Below, piece by piece: positions 10,177-20,717 of a stretch of 41,660 bases of DNA. The stretch is from Craspedostauros australis (taxonomy: Eukaryota). The stretch spans positions 1-41,660 of the forward strand of contig JALAGF010003718.1 in the NCBI GenBank assembly GCA_030167865.1, read 5' to 3'. Below the pieces are notes generated by a model. The model was not told where the DNA came from. It did not search any database and was given only the letters and a program-made list of their open reading frames with translations. Positions within the stretch are counted from its first letter, which is position 1. Each line of letters opens with the position of its first letter. The position numbers and the translations under genes are program-made.

Positions 10177-11310
10177 ATGGAGACGGCAAGAAACCCCCAC
10201 ACCAGCATTGTCGCAGCGACCATCAAGGGCATGGTGTGTGTGTTGTTGCTGAGCTTGAATGATGCCGATGCTTGGATGCCGTGCAGAAGGCATCCGACAT
10301 CGCAGCGGAGCATTCGTTCTGTCTCAATTGCGTCTCAACAACGTGGCGCATCCACACAACTCCGAGCCAAAGGCTTTGGCGCTGCGGGCAGCAGCAGCAA
10401 GCCCACCAAGACGCCCAAAATCAAAAAGAGCTCGATCAAGAAGGCCCAACAACGCATAGCCGACAAATACGGCGACAACATCGCGAAGGGCACGCAAGGC
10501 ATCATCAACGAAGCCATGGCCGATCTCCCACCTCACCTTCATGTTGCAACCCAACTCTACCAGCGGCTGCAAAAATGGGATGCCTACTACGACAAATTGC
10601 CCGTCCTGCAACAATCCAGGATCCCCCAGCAAGACGTAGATGGTGCCAACCGCGCGCGTCAAGAATTCGAGGATCTCTGCCGAGAGCACAACCTCACAAC
10701 CAACGACATTCACAACATCTTCCAACGCATCACATGGGATGCATCGGCCGATGCCAAGGCCGTGCGATCCATGACGGGGACGATGTCGGAGACCATCCGC
10801 AACGCCCTGGACGAGGTCGCCAGCAAGGTCGTGACCAAATCCTGCTTGGACGTCGGGTGCGGATACGGCGTCCTGGTACCATACTTGCGCAATGCCGGGG
10901 TGCAACCAGGTCAGCTGGTCGGTATCGATCTGTCGTCAGAGATGATCAAGAATGCGAGGGAGCAGCATCGTGGCATTGAATTCCGTGTGGCGGATTTCTT
11001 GGACGACAGCTTTGAGGAGCGCTACGACAGCATCGTTTTCTGCGCGACCTTGCACGATCTACCAGATCCCATTGTGGCGTTGCAAAAGGCAGCAAGGTTG
11101 GTGCACGACAATGGCGTCGTCATCGTGTCGCATCCGCAGGGTGCTGGGCATGTTCTTGGGCAAGTACAGCAGAATCCGGTCATGGTGCAGCGGGGATTGC
11201 CCGATGCCAAGGAACTACATGATCTTGCGTTGCCGGGCATGACGCTGGAGGTAGAGCCGACAACGCAGAGCGACAAGCCTTATTTGGCAGTATTCAAAAA
11301 GAGTGCATAG
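10177..11310 (+). CDS. Class I SAM-dependent methyltransferase, probably plastid-targeted (about 377 aa; alternative ATG at 10072)
   Basis: Motif I CLDVGCGYG, GIDLSSEMI and YDSIVFC..LHDLPD. The hydrophobic signal VCVLLLSL..ADA|W is followed by an Arg/Ser-rich transit-like stretch and KGFG. Confidence 0.85.
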   Translation: METARNPHTSIVAATIKGMVCVLLLSLNDADAWMPCRRHPTSQRSIRSVSIASQQRGASTQLRAKGFGAAGSSSKPTKTPKIKKSSIKKAQQRIADKYGDNIAKGTQGIINEAMADLPPHLHVATQLYQRLQKWDAYYDKLPVLQQSRIPQQDVDGANRARQEFEDLCREHNLTTNDIHNIFQRITWDASADAKAVRSMTGTMSETIRNALDEVASKVVTKSCLDVGCGYGVLVPYLRNAGVQPGQLVGIDLSSEMIKNAREQHRGIEFRVADFLDDSFEERYDSIVFCATLHDLPDPIVALQKAARLVHDNGVVIVSHPQGAGHVLGQVQQNPVMVQRGLPDAKELHDLALPGMTLEVEPTTQSDKPYLAVFKKSA

Positions 11311-11572
11311 ATTAGCATGGAATGGCGAAGTCTAGAGTACATGACATTGGATGGCGTGCCATTATGATGGGCGGGAGAACGAAGGAATATCCAAAAGTGG
11401 CGGACGCATTAATCGCATAAAAAGCGCCACACTCTGGAGTACGTGGAATAGTCGTAGCATCCCATTTTTTCCCTCTCTGCTGCATTGTACGGAACTGTGC
11501 TGTGAGGTTTTGACCCGATTGATGATTGCTGCGCAACAATCGATGACCGTCTCAAAAGAAAAGAGGACGCGA

Positions 11573-13342
11573 TCACGAAGCATTCGTTGCTGCCTTGTGT
11601 TTTCGAGCACGCTTCTGTATCGTATCCTCTGCATTGCGATACGAGGATTTGATATCATCATGCGGGTGCAGCAACTCGAAAGCCGTCTCGAAGCGTGCCA
11701 ACACGTGCTCTTCGGTCATGGCAGCGTCGCTTTTATCCGACCACGCATCACCCACGGCCTGAAATTCGGCGCCGATCATCCCAATCGCCTCGGCACGCCT
11801 TCGACGTTCTTTGTTGGAGACGTCCGAATCTCGAAACAATCTCCAACATGCTCCTTCCAACGTGATCGAAATATCCAGTATCGTGATCGTGACAAGCAAT
11901 TCCATCAACGTCGCAAGGCATTGCTTGATGTCGACGTCTTCGGGTAGATCGGAAGATACCAGCGCCTCCTCCGCGGCTTGCTTTATGGTGCCGAAGGATT
12001 GTTTGACTTTCCATAATTCCTTCACCAGGTCGAGCTTGTGCTTGTACCGGTACATCTTCTTGATGACGCTGCCGGTGAAGCCCATATCTATTTGCTGGTA
12101 GGACGAGGCCTCATGTTGCAGGGCATACCCGACCGCCGACAGCATGCGTCCCGCGACGTTGGATTTGGACATGGTCGTTGCCTGTTGCGCAATTTTGATT
12201 TGAAATGCGTCACGCGAGATGTCGGCTCCGTAATCCTTGATTTTGTGCAATAGAGTGCGCGCGATGTTGAGCTCGCGCTTCTTCTGGCCGCGTCTCATGG
12301 CCTTGAAGGAAAAGTCAAAGGTTGGATCGTCCGGATTGTTCTCCACAGCATTGTAGGAATCGATGAGACGCTTGGCCAAGGTTGCCAAGTACAGGTCGCC
12401 TGTGTAGTCCATCATGTTGTGCGCGCCAACGAGAACCGCCAGGGCTGGGTTGAGGTTGGGGATGGCAGTGCCACCATGACTCCGTGATCGCCCGTCCTGA
12501 TCGTACTGCGTTCGCCTTTGGTCGTCGGATAGGACATCGTAGGCCTCGTGGATGCTGAGGAAGATATCCTTGGCAGTGGGGTCGCTGTTCTTGTCGGGAT
12601 GATATAGCTTGGCCATCCGCTTGTAGCTCTGCTTCAGCTCCGTAGTGGATGCATGCGGTGACACCTGCAAGAGGTCGTACAATGTCGTGTCCACCGGCAT
12701 GTAATCCCCATTCCCGTTGCCGTCTCCACCACCGTTCAATATTTGCTGCGTTTCATTCTCCATGCTGTAGTAATGCCACCGATCAGTGTCGGTGTCCCAC
12801 GTCATGCCTTTGAGCGTGGCCAAGACGGTCGTCGGAGTGTTGCAAAGGCTGACAATGAACTGGTACAGTCCCATCGATGCACCCAGGATCGTCGCCGCAA
12901 TGCCCAAGACCGATCCCGGCACGAGACCAATGGCGAAGCCGGTGGCACCATTCTGCATGGCCAAGGCCACCGGCAGCACCGTGAAGAGCGCGCTGCCGAC
13001 CAAACCACCGACCGCAAAGGTCTGCATGCCTTGCATCGCACCACGCAGCAAGTGTCGTGGCTGTCGGCTTGGCGCAAAGATGTCGGCGTACATGCTGTAC
13101 ATGGCCGTTTCCAATTGGTTGTTGAGGAATGCCGGCTTCCTTCGGAATTGGCCCTGCGTCTGGTCGTTGTCGTCGGCCGTTCCGGCATCATGCTTCTGCT
13201 TGCCTTGTGTCTGCTCTTGCTGTCTGCGACGGCGGCGATCATCTTCGTCGTTGTCGCTGCTGCCGTGGACCCTGCCTTGCTCCGAAATGTGCGACAGCAG
13301 CAGCAGAACGCAGACCAGCGTTCTGTTTGCATGGAACTTCAT
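11573..13342 (-). CDS. DnaJ (J-domain) protein with N-terminal signal, Gly-rich membrane segments and C-terminal DnaJ-X-like region, 589 aa
   Basis: J domain LYDLLQVS..ELKQSYKRMAKLYHPDKN..AYDVLSD..R..YD with an intact HPD. The C-terminal DISITLEGAC..RRRRAEAI..IG..F resembles the DnaJ-X domain. Confidence 0.88.
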   Translation of the reverse strand: MKFHANRTLVCVLLLLSHISEQGRVHGSSDNDEDDRRRRRQQEQTQGKQKHDAGTADDNDQTQGQFRRKPAFLNNQLETAMYSMYADIFAPSRQPRHLLRGAMQGMQTFAVGGLVGSALFTVLPVALAMQNGATGFAIGLVPGSVLGIAATILGASMGLYQFIVSLCNTPTTVLATLKGMTWDTDTDRWHYYSMENETQQILNGGGDGNGNGDYMPVDTTLYDLLQVSPHASTTELKQSYKRMAKLYHPDKNSDPTAKDIFLSIHEAYDVLSDDQRRTQYDQDGRSRSHGGTAIPNLNPALAVLVGAHNMMDYTGDLYLATLAKRLIDSYNAVENNPDDPTFDFSFKAMRRGQKKRELNIARTLLHKIKDYGADISRDAFQIKIAQQATTMSKSNVAGRMLSAVGYALQHEASSYQQIDMGFTGSVIKKMYRYKHKLDLVKELWKVKQSFGTIKQAAEEALVSSDLPEDVDIKQCLATLMELLVTITILDISITLEGACWRLFRDSDVSNKERRRRAEAIGMIGAEFQAVGDAWSDKSDAAMTEEHVLARFETAFELLHPHDDIKSSYRNAEDTIQKRARKHKAATNAS

Positions 13343-13440
13343 CGTTGCGGTTGCAATCGCTTGTGCTCGTATCTCTTTCTCCGTCTCCAGCGAAGGGAAG
13401 TTGCATGATCGGCCTCTGTCTCACTCTCTTTGCGTCTGTC

Positions 13441-13490
13441 TACGAGTGTCTACGAGTGTCGATGAGTGTTGATGAGTGTCGATGAGTGTT
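13441..13490. repeat. 10-bp tandem repeat (KAYGAGTGTY, 5 copies) upstream of the DnaJ gene
   Basis: tacgagtgtc tacgagtgtc gatgagtgtt gatgagtgtc gatgagtgtt. Confidence 0.85.
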
Positions 13491-14079
13491 GTCGTTTTGT
13501 GAAATACAGTTGGACGAAGAAGAGGAAGAGAAGGAGGAGAAGAAGAAGGAAGAGGGTGTGTCCCCAGATTGCTGGATCCGACGCAAGATGGTGGGGGCAC
13601 CTCCTCTCGCAGTCTGCGAGGGTGTTCTCCTTTGCACCCGCCAAACGGAAGTTGTGTTTGCGTTTCTGTGTTGTGTGACTTCTCTTTTGGTTTGGATCCG
13701 AGTTGCCACGACGCAAAAGTTGATTCGTGTCAACAGAAACCACGACTGGAGAATGTTGTGTGGAGGTACTTTGTTAGTCTTAACATGACACGAAACCAAA
13801 CGTGGCAGCGGTTGTGTGACGAATGTTCCGTGGAACATCGACTGCTAAGAGGCAGGGCAGAAGAGATCAAGAGCGGGTACAGTCGGTATGGTAGGTACAT
13901 GGAATAGAAGTTGTCTTCCAATGACTATTTCACTAGAGAATTGAAATGAATCATAAGCGAAAGCCAATCCGCTGCTCTGGTCGTCAGGTCTCTGTGTGAG
14001 GTGCCTCCGGCTGTGAGGTACTCCAAGTAGTACGGGTGAGTATGTGCCAAGCGATGCCATGCCCAGCTCCACTTACGAG

Positions 14080-15894
14080 CTAGTTCGCCACTTTCATCTT
14101 GTCGGCCTCGGATGAGCGCAGCAACGCCAAAAGCGAGTCGCGATCCATGTACGAGTCCAAGTCAACACTGTTGCCACGCTTGCCATCCAAAACTCTGTAC
14201 ATGTCCATCACAGACATATTGCTGTACTTGTCATCGTTTGACCCTCCAGCAGCAGCAGCGGCTGTTGCTCCGTTTTGGTCATGGTCATGGCCATTCTCGG
14301 CTCCTTCTTTCATTCTTGTGCATGCATCCTTCAGCATCACGCAATCGTGCTGGTCGGCGAACTGCACCATGTCAGGCAAGGAAGCTGGCGTCAGATGGTC
14401 GTAGATCAACTCCGCTTCGATGATCAGTTTGAGTCTCCAGCACCCGAAGTGGTTTGCAACGACCAGCAAGTCGCGAAGACTATGGTGCTCGGCCATGCCA
14501 TCGGAACTCATAAAGGATGTATCGGCTGCGTAGATGTACTGGAGAACGTACATGACGTGCGCTGGATGGAAGTCAGGAAGGGGGATGGTGGTGATGCTTG
14601 TATCGGTGCTGGTGCTGGGAGCAGTACCCGCGTCGACTACCTTTTCCATGGTGGCAGAGGAACCTTGGGATTGGGATGGTGGTGGAGGTTGAATTCCCGA
14701 GTCGATCATCTTTTTGATGGATGGCACGGCGAGGAGAAGAATGACCTTGTTTGCCTTGATTGATCGTTGGGCATGGCCGGAACCAACGACGAAGATGATA
14801 TCCGCCAAATGCCCTTCGCGGAGAGCCCTGAGTTTGTCCTTGTTGATGCTGTTGTTGGTACTGATGGTCGGAATCTTCATGAAGTTTCTTGACTGTGCGC
14901 TCTTTCTTGCCTGATCTCGCTGGTTGTGCCTGATGAGAAGCTGTTGGTAATGGGTGGCAAACGGCTCGAAGGTAAAACTCTCGGGGGTATGGTTTTGAAT
15001 ACACTCCAGCGCAGTTTCGCCTCTGTTGTTTTTGATGGTGAAATCTGCGCCATAGGATCTCAACAACGTCCCGTAGCCGGAACTGTCATCCTCACTGGCT
15101 CCTTCACAAAGATGATGGAGGAGAGTATTACCACGACGATCTTGAGCATTGATGTCATATCTCCCCGAGTCCAAGATACCCAGTGCGGGATGCTCTTCGT
15201 GAAGACAGAGAGTTGCGTGAAGAGGGGTTTCACCAAAACTGTTTGTTGCATTGACATCGATGTTGGGCAATCTTGCGGCATACTTCGCCACCTCATATCT
15301 GGTTTCATCTGAAATGTCATGAAGGACGATGCCATCGCAACAATCTCTCGCAGCGACATCCACACCGCAGACTTCCACCAGGTACTTCGCGAGGTCCAAC
15401 CCACCTGATGTGACAGCGGAAAACCACGGCGTGCGACGGCGCCTGTCACGAAGTTCGATATTTGCACCCCAAGATTCCACCAAGTACTTCACAACTCCCA
15501 GATGATCATTCTCGGCGGCTTTGTGGAGCAGACCTTCGCCGTCATTGGTTTGCATGTCGGGATCTGTACCCTCGCATTGCAAGAGAAACTTCAAGACATC
15601 CAGATGGCCGTTTCCGGAGGCAAGGTGGAGCGAGGTGGCGCCGTCGTTATTTTTGCAGGCAACCTCTGTGCTGCATGACTCCACGAGGTACTTCACGATC
15701 TCCAATTGGCCTTCTCGGGAAGCCACATGGAGCGCATTGGATCTGCATCTGCGACTGTATCCGTCCGACAACTTGACATCCTCAATGCGTACATGCGGAT
15801 AACTTGCCCTGAAGCTCTTGACCCGGTCCATGTTGCCACACTCAACAGCCTCGAAGAATTGTTTTTTGTCGTAATCACCCACATGGGAGGACAT
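14080..15894 (-). CDS. Ankyrin-repeat plus BTB/POZ domain protein, 604 aa
   Basis: Repeated ALHVASREGQLEIVKYLV, TSLHLASGNGHLDVLKFLL and GETPLH. The BTB region reads ADIIFVVG..IKANKVILL..MYVLQYIY..LLVVANHFGC..LKLIIE. Confidence 0.9.
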   Translation of the reverse strand: MSSHVGDYDKKQFFEAVECGNMDRVKSFRASYPHVRIEDVKLSDGYSRRCRSNALHVASREGQLEIVKYLVESCSTEVACKNNDGATSLHLASGNGHLDVLKFLLQCEGTDPDMQTNDGEGLLHKAAENDHLGVVKYLVESWGANIELRDRRRRTPWFSAVTSGGLDLAKYLVEVCGVDVAARDCCDGIVLHDISDETRYEVAKYAARLPNIDVNATNSFGETPLHATLCLHEEHPALGILDSGRYDINAQDRRGNTLLHHLCEGASEDDSSGYGTLLRSYGADFTIKNNRGETALECIQNHTPESFTFEPFATHYQQLLIRHNQRDQARKSAQSRNFMKIPTISTNNSINKDKLRALREGHLADIIFVVGSGHAQRSIKANKVILLLAVPSIKKMIDSGIQPPPPSQSQGSSATMEKVVDAGTAPSTSTDTSITTIPLPDFHPAHVMYVLQYIYAADTSFMSSDGMAEHHSLRDLLVVANHFGCWRLKLIIEAELIYDHLTPASLPDMVQFADQHDCVMLKDACTRMKEGAENGHDHDQNGATAAAAAGGSNDDKYSNMSVMDMYRVLDGKRGNSVDLDSYMDRDSLLALLRSSEADKMKVAN

Positions 15895-16649
15895 GATGCT
15901 TGTGACTTGTGTTGGTCGTTGAATGTTGCGTGTTGCTCGTTGCTCGTTGCTGGTTGGTTGTTCAGATTTCTCGTTTTATGAACTCTCGTGGCCTTGTCAA
16001 TTTCTTCTCTTCGCTCTCCATCCTCCAGTTGTGGCGACGATTGCAATGGTCTGCGCAGTTCTCGCGCAAAGCAATGCACCACAGTTCACGCCATCACACT
16101 TGCACTCGTGGTGGCAACCGAAGTCACACTCAACGTTCGCTATCTTGGAAGTGGCGCAGAATGCTGCAGTGCTCTTCCACAAAACCCGAAACGGAGATGA
16201 TGATGGGTGCAACGCATGGCGGACACAAAGACACAGAGGCAACGGCAAACGAGAAATCGGAGATGGAAACAAAGATTTTTCTTCTTCCTGCAGATGCAAC
16301 AGGCTGTCGACTCGGATCATCCAAACACAAGCCAATCTGGCCCAAAAAAAACAGCGAAAACTCCGCGACTGATGCTGTCCGTTTGCAGAGTGAGTGAGGT
16401 GCAGTCGCACGTTCGAAGTCTATCTACTACGCGCCTGTGATGGTGTAAGCTTGACGACATCGCTTCGTGTGGCACAACAGTTGCGCTGTCTCGCTTTGGT
16501 CGATCAGGTATGTCACTGCGAGTATACTTCTTTGTCCCTGTTCCTCGCGCGGTATAGATAGTGCCAATTTAATTCACTTTTACTCTGTCTCTCGCTTTCT
16601 CCTCCGCCTCCTCCATGTCAGCGAAATGGCCATGCGAGCGGCACACGAT

Positions 16650-18327
16650 CTACAAGTTCAACTTCCAGATCCAGTGATTCAGACCTCTCGCGATATTGAA
16701 GCATGCTTCTTCATTGTCGTTCCATTTGGAAACGTCCATCCATATCCTGCGGATGGCATCGTGGCTTTCTTTGTCGTGCGCTTGCAGCTGGTGTCGTGTG
16801 AATGGGAAGAACTTGTTGCAATGATGAATGTCTCTGCATCCTCTCACCAGCGCCGATTCCTGAAACTCCTGGTCCACCAGCCGTGTTTTTGTCGCCGCGC
16901 GGACCTTGTGCTGCCGTTGGTATGGTTGTTGTTTCGGCTGCGGTTGCTGTCCAGCATTTCTTTGTTCATGCGTATGGCTTAAATTGTGCGATTGTGCGTC
17001 ATTGGTCCTGTTCCATCTCATCACTCGATCAGCCACAATTGGATGGATCAACGGAGGACTGGCATCCTCCATAGATGCCCAGCCAGCATCGTTTGTGTGC
17101 TTGTAGCCTTTGCACAGATATGCAACTGACATCTCCGCGAAGAATTCCTTGTGGTCCACCATCGCGTAGGCTGTTGAGTACAAGAGCAGTTGGACGAGCA
17201 GACGATTGAACAAAGAAATAAATTGGATGAGGCGGATGCGAACGAAGTGTGACAGGTGTCAGGATGAGGGTTGGTGCAATTGCGGTGGGTGATGACGTTT
17301 CACGAACGCAATGGTGATGCCAGCGCAAGACTATGACTTCCGGATGATCAATCGTAACACGATCGTGCTTGGAAAACACTCGGTTGAATTGACAAATCGC
17401 CGTCGACAACGATGGTACCATTGCCACCACAGGTCCATACCATCATAAACTGCGTGCTTGCGACGCGAAGAAGCACTGCAACAACAAGATTGGCCTGAAC
17501 TTACCCGTGTCCGTATCTTCCGCTTGTCCTGCCCAATCGCGGCGCAGGCATTGATTGTACAATCCGGATTTCTTCGCGGTATCAAAAGCGGCCATCACCG
17601 ATTCATTGTCAAGCCCGTCCTCCAGGACGTGCTGGTGCAGGACATGGCACAGCTCGTGCAGGATGAGGCCGCACCCGTTCCAATGCAACCGCGTTTGTTC
17701 GTAATCCATGCAGTTGTAGATCTCCACATCGCAGGCTTTTTCAGGAATATCGTGCGCGCATTCTACCAGCCAGGTTTCGTCATGGTGCGTTGTGGTGTGG
17801 CGCAGCATGTTGGGGTTGTGGAGGTCGCCGTACACGTAGGAGTTGTTGAGCCATATCCTGGTGCGTCGGATCAAGTGGTGGACGGACCATGGCAGCACCT
17901 TGAGGCATTGCGATAGATCGATTTGCAACGATCGCAGCACCAACGGAGCGCTCTTGAAGACATCGGGACAGCAGCGAACTTCGACGCCGCATGGCAGATG
18001 CACTGGGATGTAAACACGCGTCGTGTTGTCAATGAAGACGGGGCGCGAGTTCATGCGCACGGGGTGCGACCGTGACGATTGCAGAGATCGGAAGGACTGC
18101 GCTGACGACACCGACGATGGCGGCGGCGATGGGTATGTGCCAGTTCGAAAGTCGGCATCCGCGGACCGCAGTCTGCCCCTTGGCCGTTCGCATGATGGCG
18201 GCGGGAGTGGGAGTGGAAATGGGAGCGTTGCTGTGGGGGCTGCCAATGCCGACGGCGCTGAAGACAATGCAGTTGCTGTCATAGATGCAGACGTAGCTCT
18301 CGCTTCGGTGTGTCCAATGACGGCCAT
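16650..18327 (-). CDS. Zincin-like (HEXXH) putative metallopeptidase, 447 aa; exons 18327-17505 and 17170-16650 (intron 17504-17171)
   Basis: Exon 1 has LILHELCHVLH. Splicing G|GTAAGT..CAG yields DTDT-A-YAMVDHKEFFAEMS (third-ligand Glu). The C-terminus has FFPFTRHQLQAHD...IW. Confidence 0.8.
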
Positions 18328-19383
18328 GGCAATGCTTGGGTGCTGGTTATCTGTCTCGATGGATGTTTCGCTATTGCGCTGTTGCTGCTTCTGTTGCTTC
18401 TGTTGCTGCTCTCGTTGTGTGTTGCTGCTGATGGCGTTTCTTTAGCTTGTGTAATGGAATATAATGTACTGGTTGCGTGGGATTGATGGTGTTTATGACA
18501 ACATGTGCGATGTGATGCCTCGCGAGGTGTCGATTCTTGTCTCTTTGTGTCGTGAAAGATCGCAATTGCAATACCTTGATTATTCGGGATTGCGTTGCGT
18601 GTCAGGATCAGTGCCGTGTTGTTGTGTTGCTGTGTTGCTGCCGTTGCTGCCGTTGTTGACGTTGTGCGACTGGCCGGCATTTGTGCTCGCGCACGCTGTG
18701 ATGAGATTCATGATGGCAACAGATGCCGTTTGCGTCGTTGCGCGGTTCGTCGTCTTTTTGTTCTTTTTGCCAATTGTTTCTCGCATTTTTGTGCCGTTTA
18801 TGTGTTTATCTTCATTGTTCTGTCATGTTCCACCCGCCTTTTCATTGGGTGATACTCCGTTCGCAACCTCCAGTCCCTCCAATGCGAAAGACTCCGGAAC
18901 ACGAAACAACAACTTCTCCTCGCGAAAGTGGAAGCAGGCCTTTGCCGCTCGGTGGCAGACTGTCAAGACTTGCACGAGCATCAAGACGAGCCTACTTGTG
19001 GTTCGTGTTCCAACAGATCCGATCTTGATTGGAGACGACTTCAGACAGCCACCTGCATGGGAAAATGGGATAGACTTGAAGAGAACACTCTACTCCGCTC
19101 GAATGTATTCCAACATTCTAGTCTAGTGCTCTACTCTTTTCGGCTCTGCCAGGATACTCTTACATCCAGGTCAGACCGCCATTACGGTCGCGTGACCTCA
19201 GTTGTCGCCTTCAACGTCGCTGGGCTCTCTGATTCTCTGGCCGTCTCTTCTTGCCATCACCACTTTCACTATTCCATCTCATTTCTATTGTATAATAGCT
19301 TTGTTCGAGCCTCTACACATTCGACGTATGAGTGTGTGACGAACTCCCGCATGCCGTCATGCTGGCGTACGCGGCCCCTTTGC

Positions 19384-20160
19384 TTACATCAATGCGCTGA
19401 AGGGATTGAAGGACGAGCCTCCAACGTCATCGTCGCTTTCATCACTGTCGCTATCATCATCGCTGTATTTTTCGCTGTCACCAGCGCCATCATCTTTCTC
19501 CTCAACGCAACCGTCACGATTGTCGCTATCGTTGCTAGCCAAGTCTCCTGACAACGCAGCCTCTTCCCGTATTCTTCGGTGTTGCTTTGTGCTACCATCC
19601 ATCTTGCTGGTCCCTGCTCCATTCTTTTCATCGTTCATGCCAGCCTCACCATTCTCCTGCGCGTGGTCCTCACCGCTATCATCCTTGCCTTCATTGTCGG
19701 CATCTTTGGATTTCTTGGCATTGCGCGGCCTCTCTGACATGATCCGTGCCTCCACCGCGCAGTTGGCAATGGAATAGCGCTCTTTCTCTGCCTGGCTTTT
19801 CGGTTCGCACACGCGGACCCAAATCATGCCATTCTCCAACAGTCCCTCCTCGCGGCATCGTTTCAGCACCCACAGCCGTCGGTTGTTCAAGGAAAAGTAC
19901 CACGGGCCATCATCCACGACGGGTCCCACGATGACCTGGATCGGCGGCAAGTCCGATGGTGAGATCTCCTTCCTGCGGATGGATTCCAGCGTTCCCATCA
20001 CGCTGCGGCCGCATCCGCTGAAGACGGGTCGGATCTTGGAGTGCTGGAATCGGACGCGGCTGGGATCTACGAACAGACCATCCCCGATGGCGGTTGCAGC
20101 CGCGGGTTGGCCCCCGTTCGCAGCCTGCTTTTTCTTTTTCGCTTTCTTGCCGCGCGCCAT
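19384..20160 (-). CDS. Conserved-looking protein with ParB/sulfiredoxin-like core, basic N-terminus and acidic C-terminal tail, 258 aa
   Basis: Clean ATG-to-stop ORF. The core VRFQHSKI..F..G..LPPIQV......YFSLNNRRLWVL resembles the ParB/Srx PI.V...D/NxRRL pattern (by eye). The N-terminus has an NLS-like MARGKKAKKKK. Confidence 0.65.
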   Translation of the reverse strand: MARGKKAKKKKQAANGGQPAAATAIGDGLFVDPSRVRFQHSKIRPVFSGCGRSVMGTLESIRRKEISPSDLPPIQVIVGPVVDDGPWYFSLNNRRLWVLKRCREEGLLENGMIWVRVCEPKSQAEKERYSIANCAVEARIMSERPRNAKKSKDADNEGKDDSGEDHAQENGEAGMNDEKNGAGTSKMDGSTKQHRRIREEAALSGDLASNDSDNRDGCVEEKDDGAGDSEKYSDDDSDSDESDDDVGGSSFNPFSALM

Positions 20161-20717
20161 GGTTCAGAACAGAATCCACGGCTGTTGGTGTTGGCGTTGG
20201 TGTTGGTGGTGCTCCTGCTCCTGTCTATTATCGATCTATTGTTCTCTTGGTCCTGCTCTTGTCTCTATTCTTGCTGTTGTTGCTTCTGATGACGCTGTGA
20301 GTGGTGTGATGTCTCATGTGTGGCGTGTTTTCTGGTTGTGGTGATTTCGTGTCTCCGATCTGTGAGAAATCTGGTTCCGACTGGTACGACTACATCTTTC
20401 CAAGATAGCTGCAGTTTGGCGCCAGAACGAGTGAGAACACTGTTATTCATCAAACAGCACCTACTACTATATGCTGGTACCTTCAGACGACCCAGATACC
20501 CAAAGAGGACGAGAGCAGCTCGTATGCGACTGCTCGACACCAGACCAACCGAAAGAGTATGGCATCATGGAGTGAGTCTAATTTGTCTTACTAGTGTACA
20601 ATTTAAGCGCCACGACGTCGGCTTTGATGTTTCGAAATATCTTGCATTGCTTCATCGTTCGTTGTTCCGTTCTTTCTTCTTACTCGTATCACAGACATCC
20701 TTCCGTCAGTAGTCGCA

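Noticed and set aside
13441-13490. CRISPR-like or telomeric array
   Set aside because: These are contiguous 10-mers with no spacers, no cas genes nearby, and no TTAGGG-like unit.
18464-19551. ORFs 18464-19126 and 18928-19551 on the plus strand
   Set aside because: They are low-complexity, motif-free translations of intergenic or antisense sequence.
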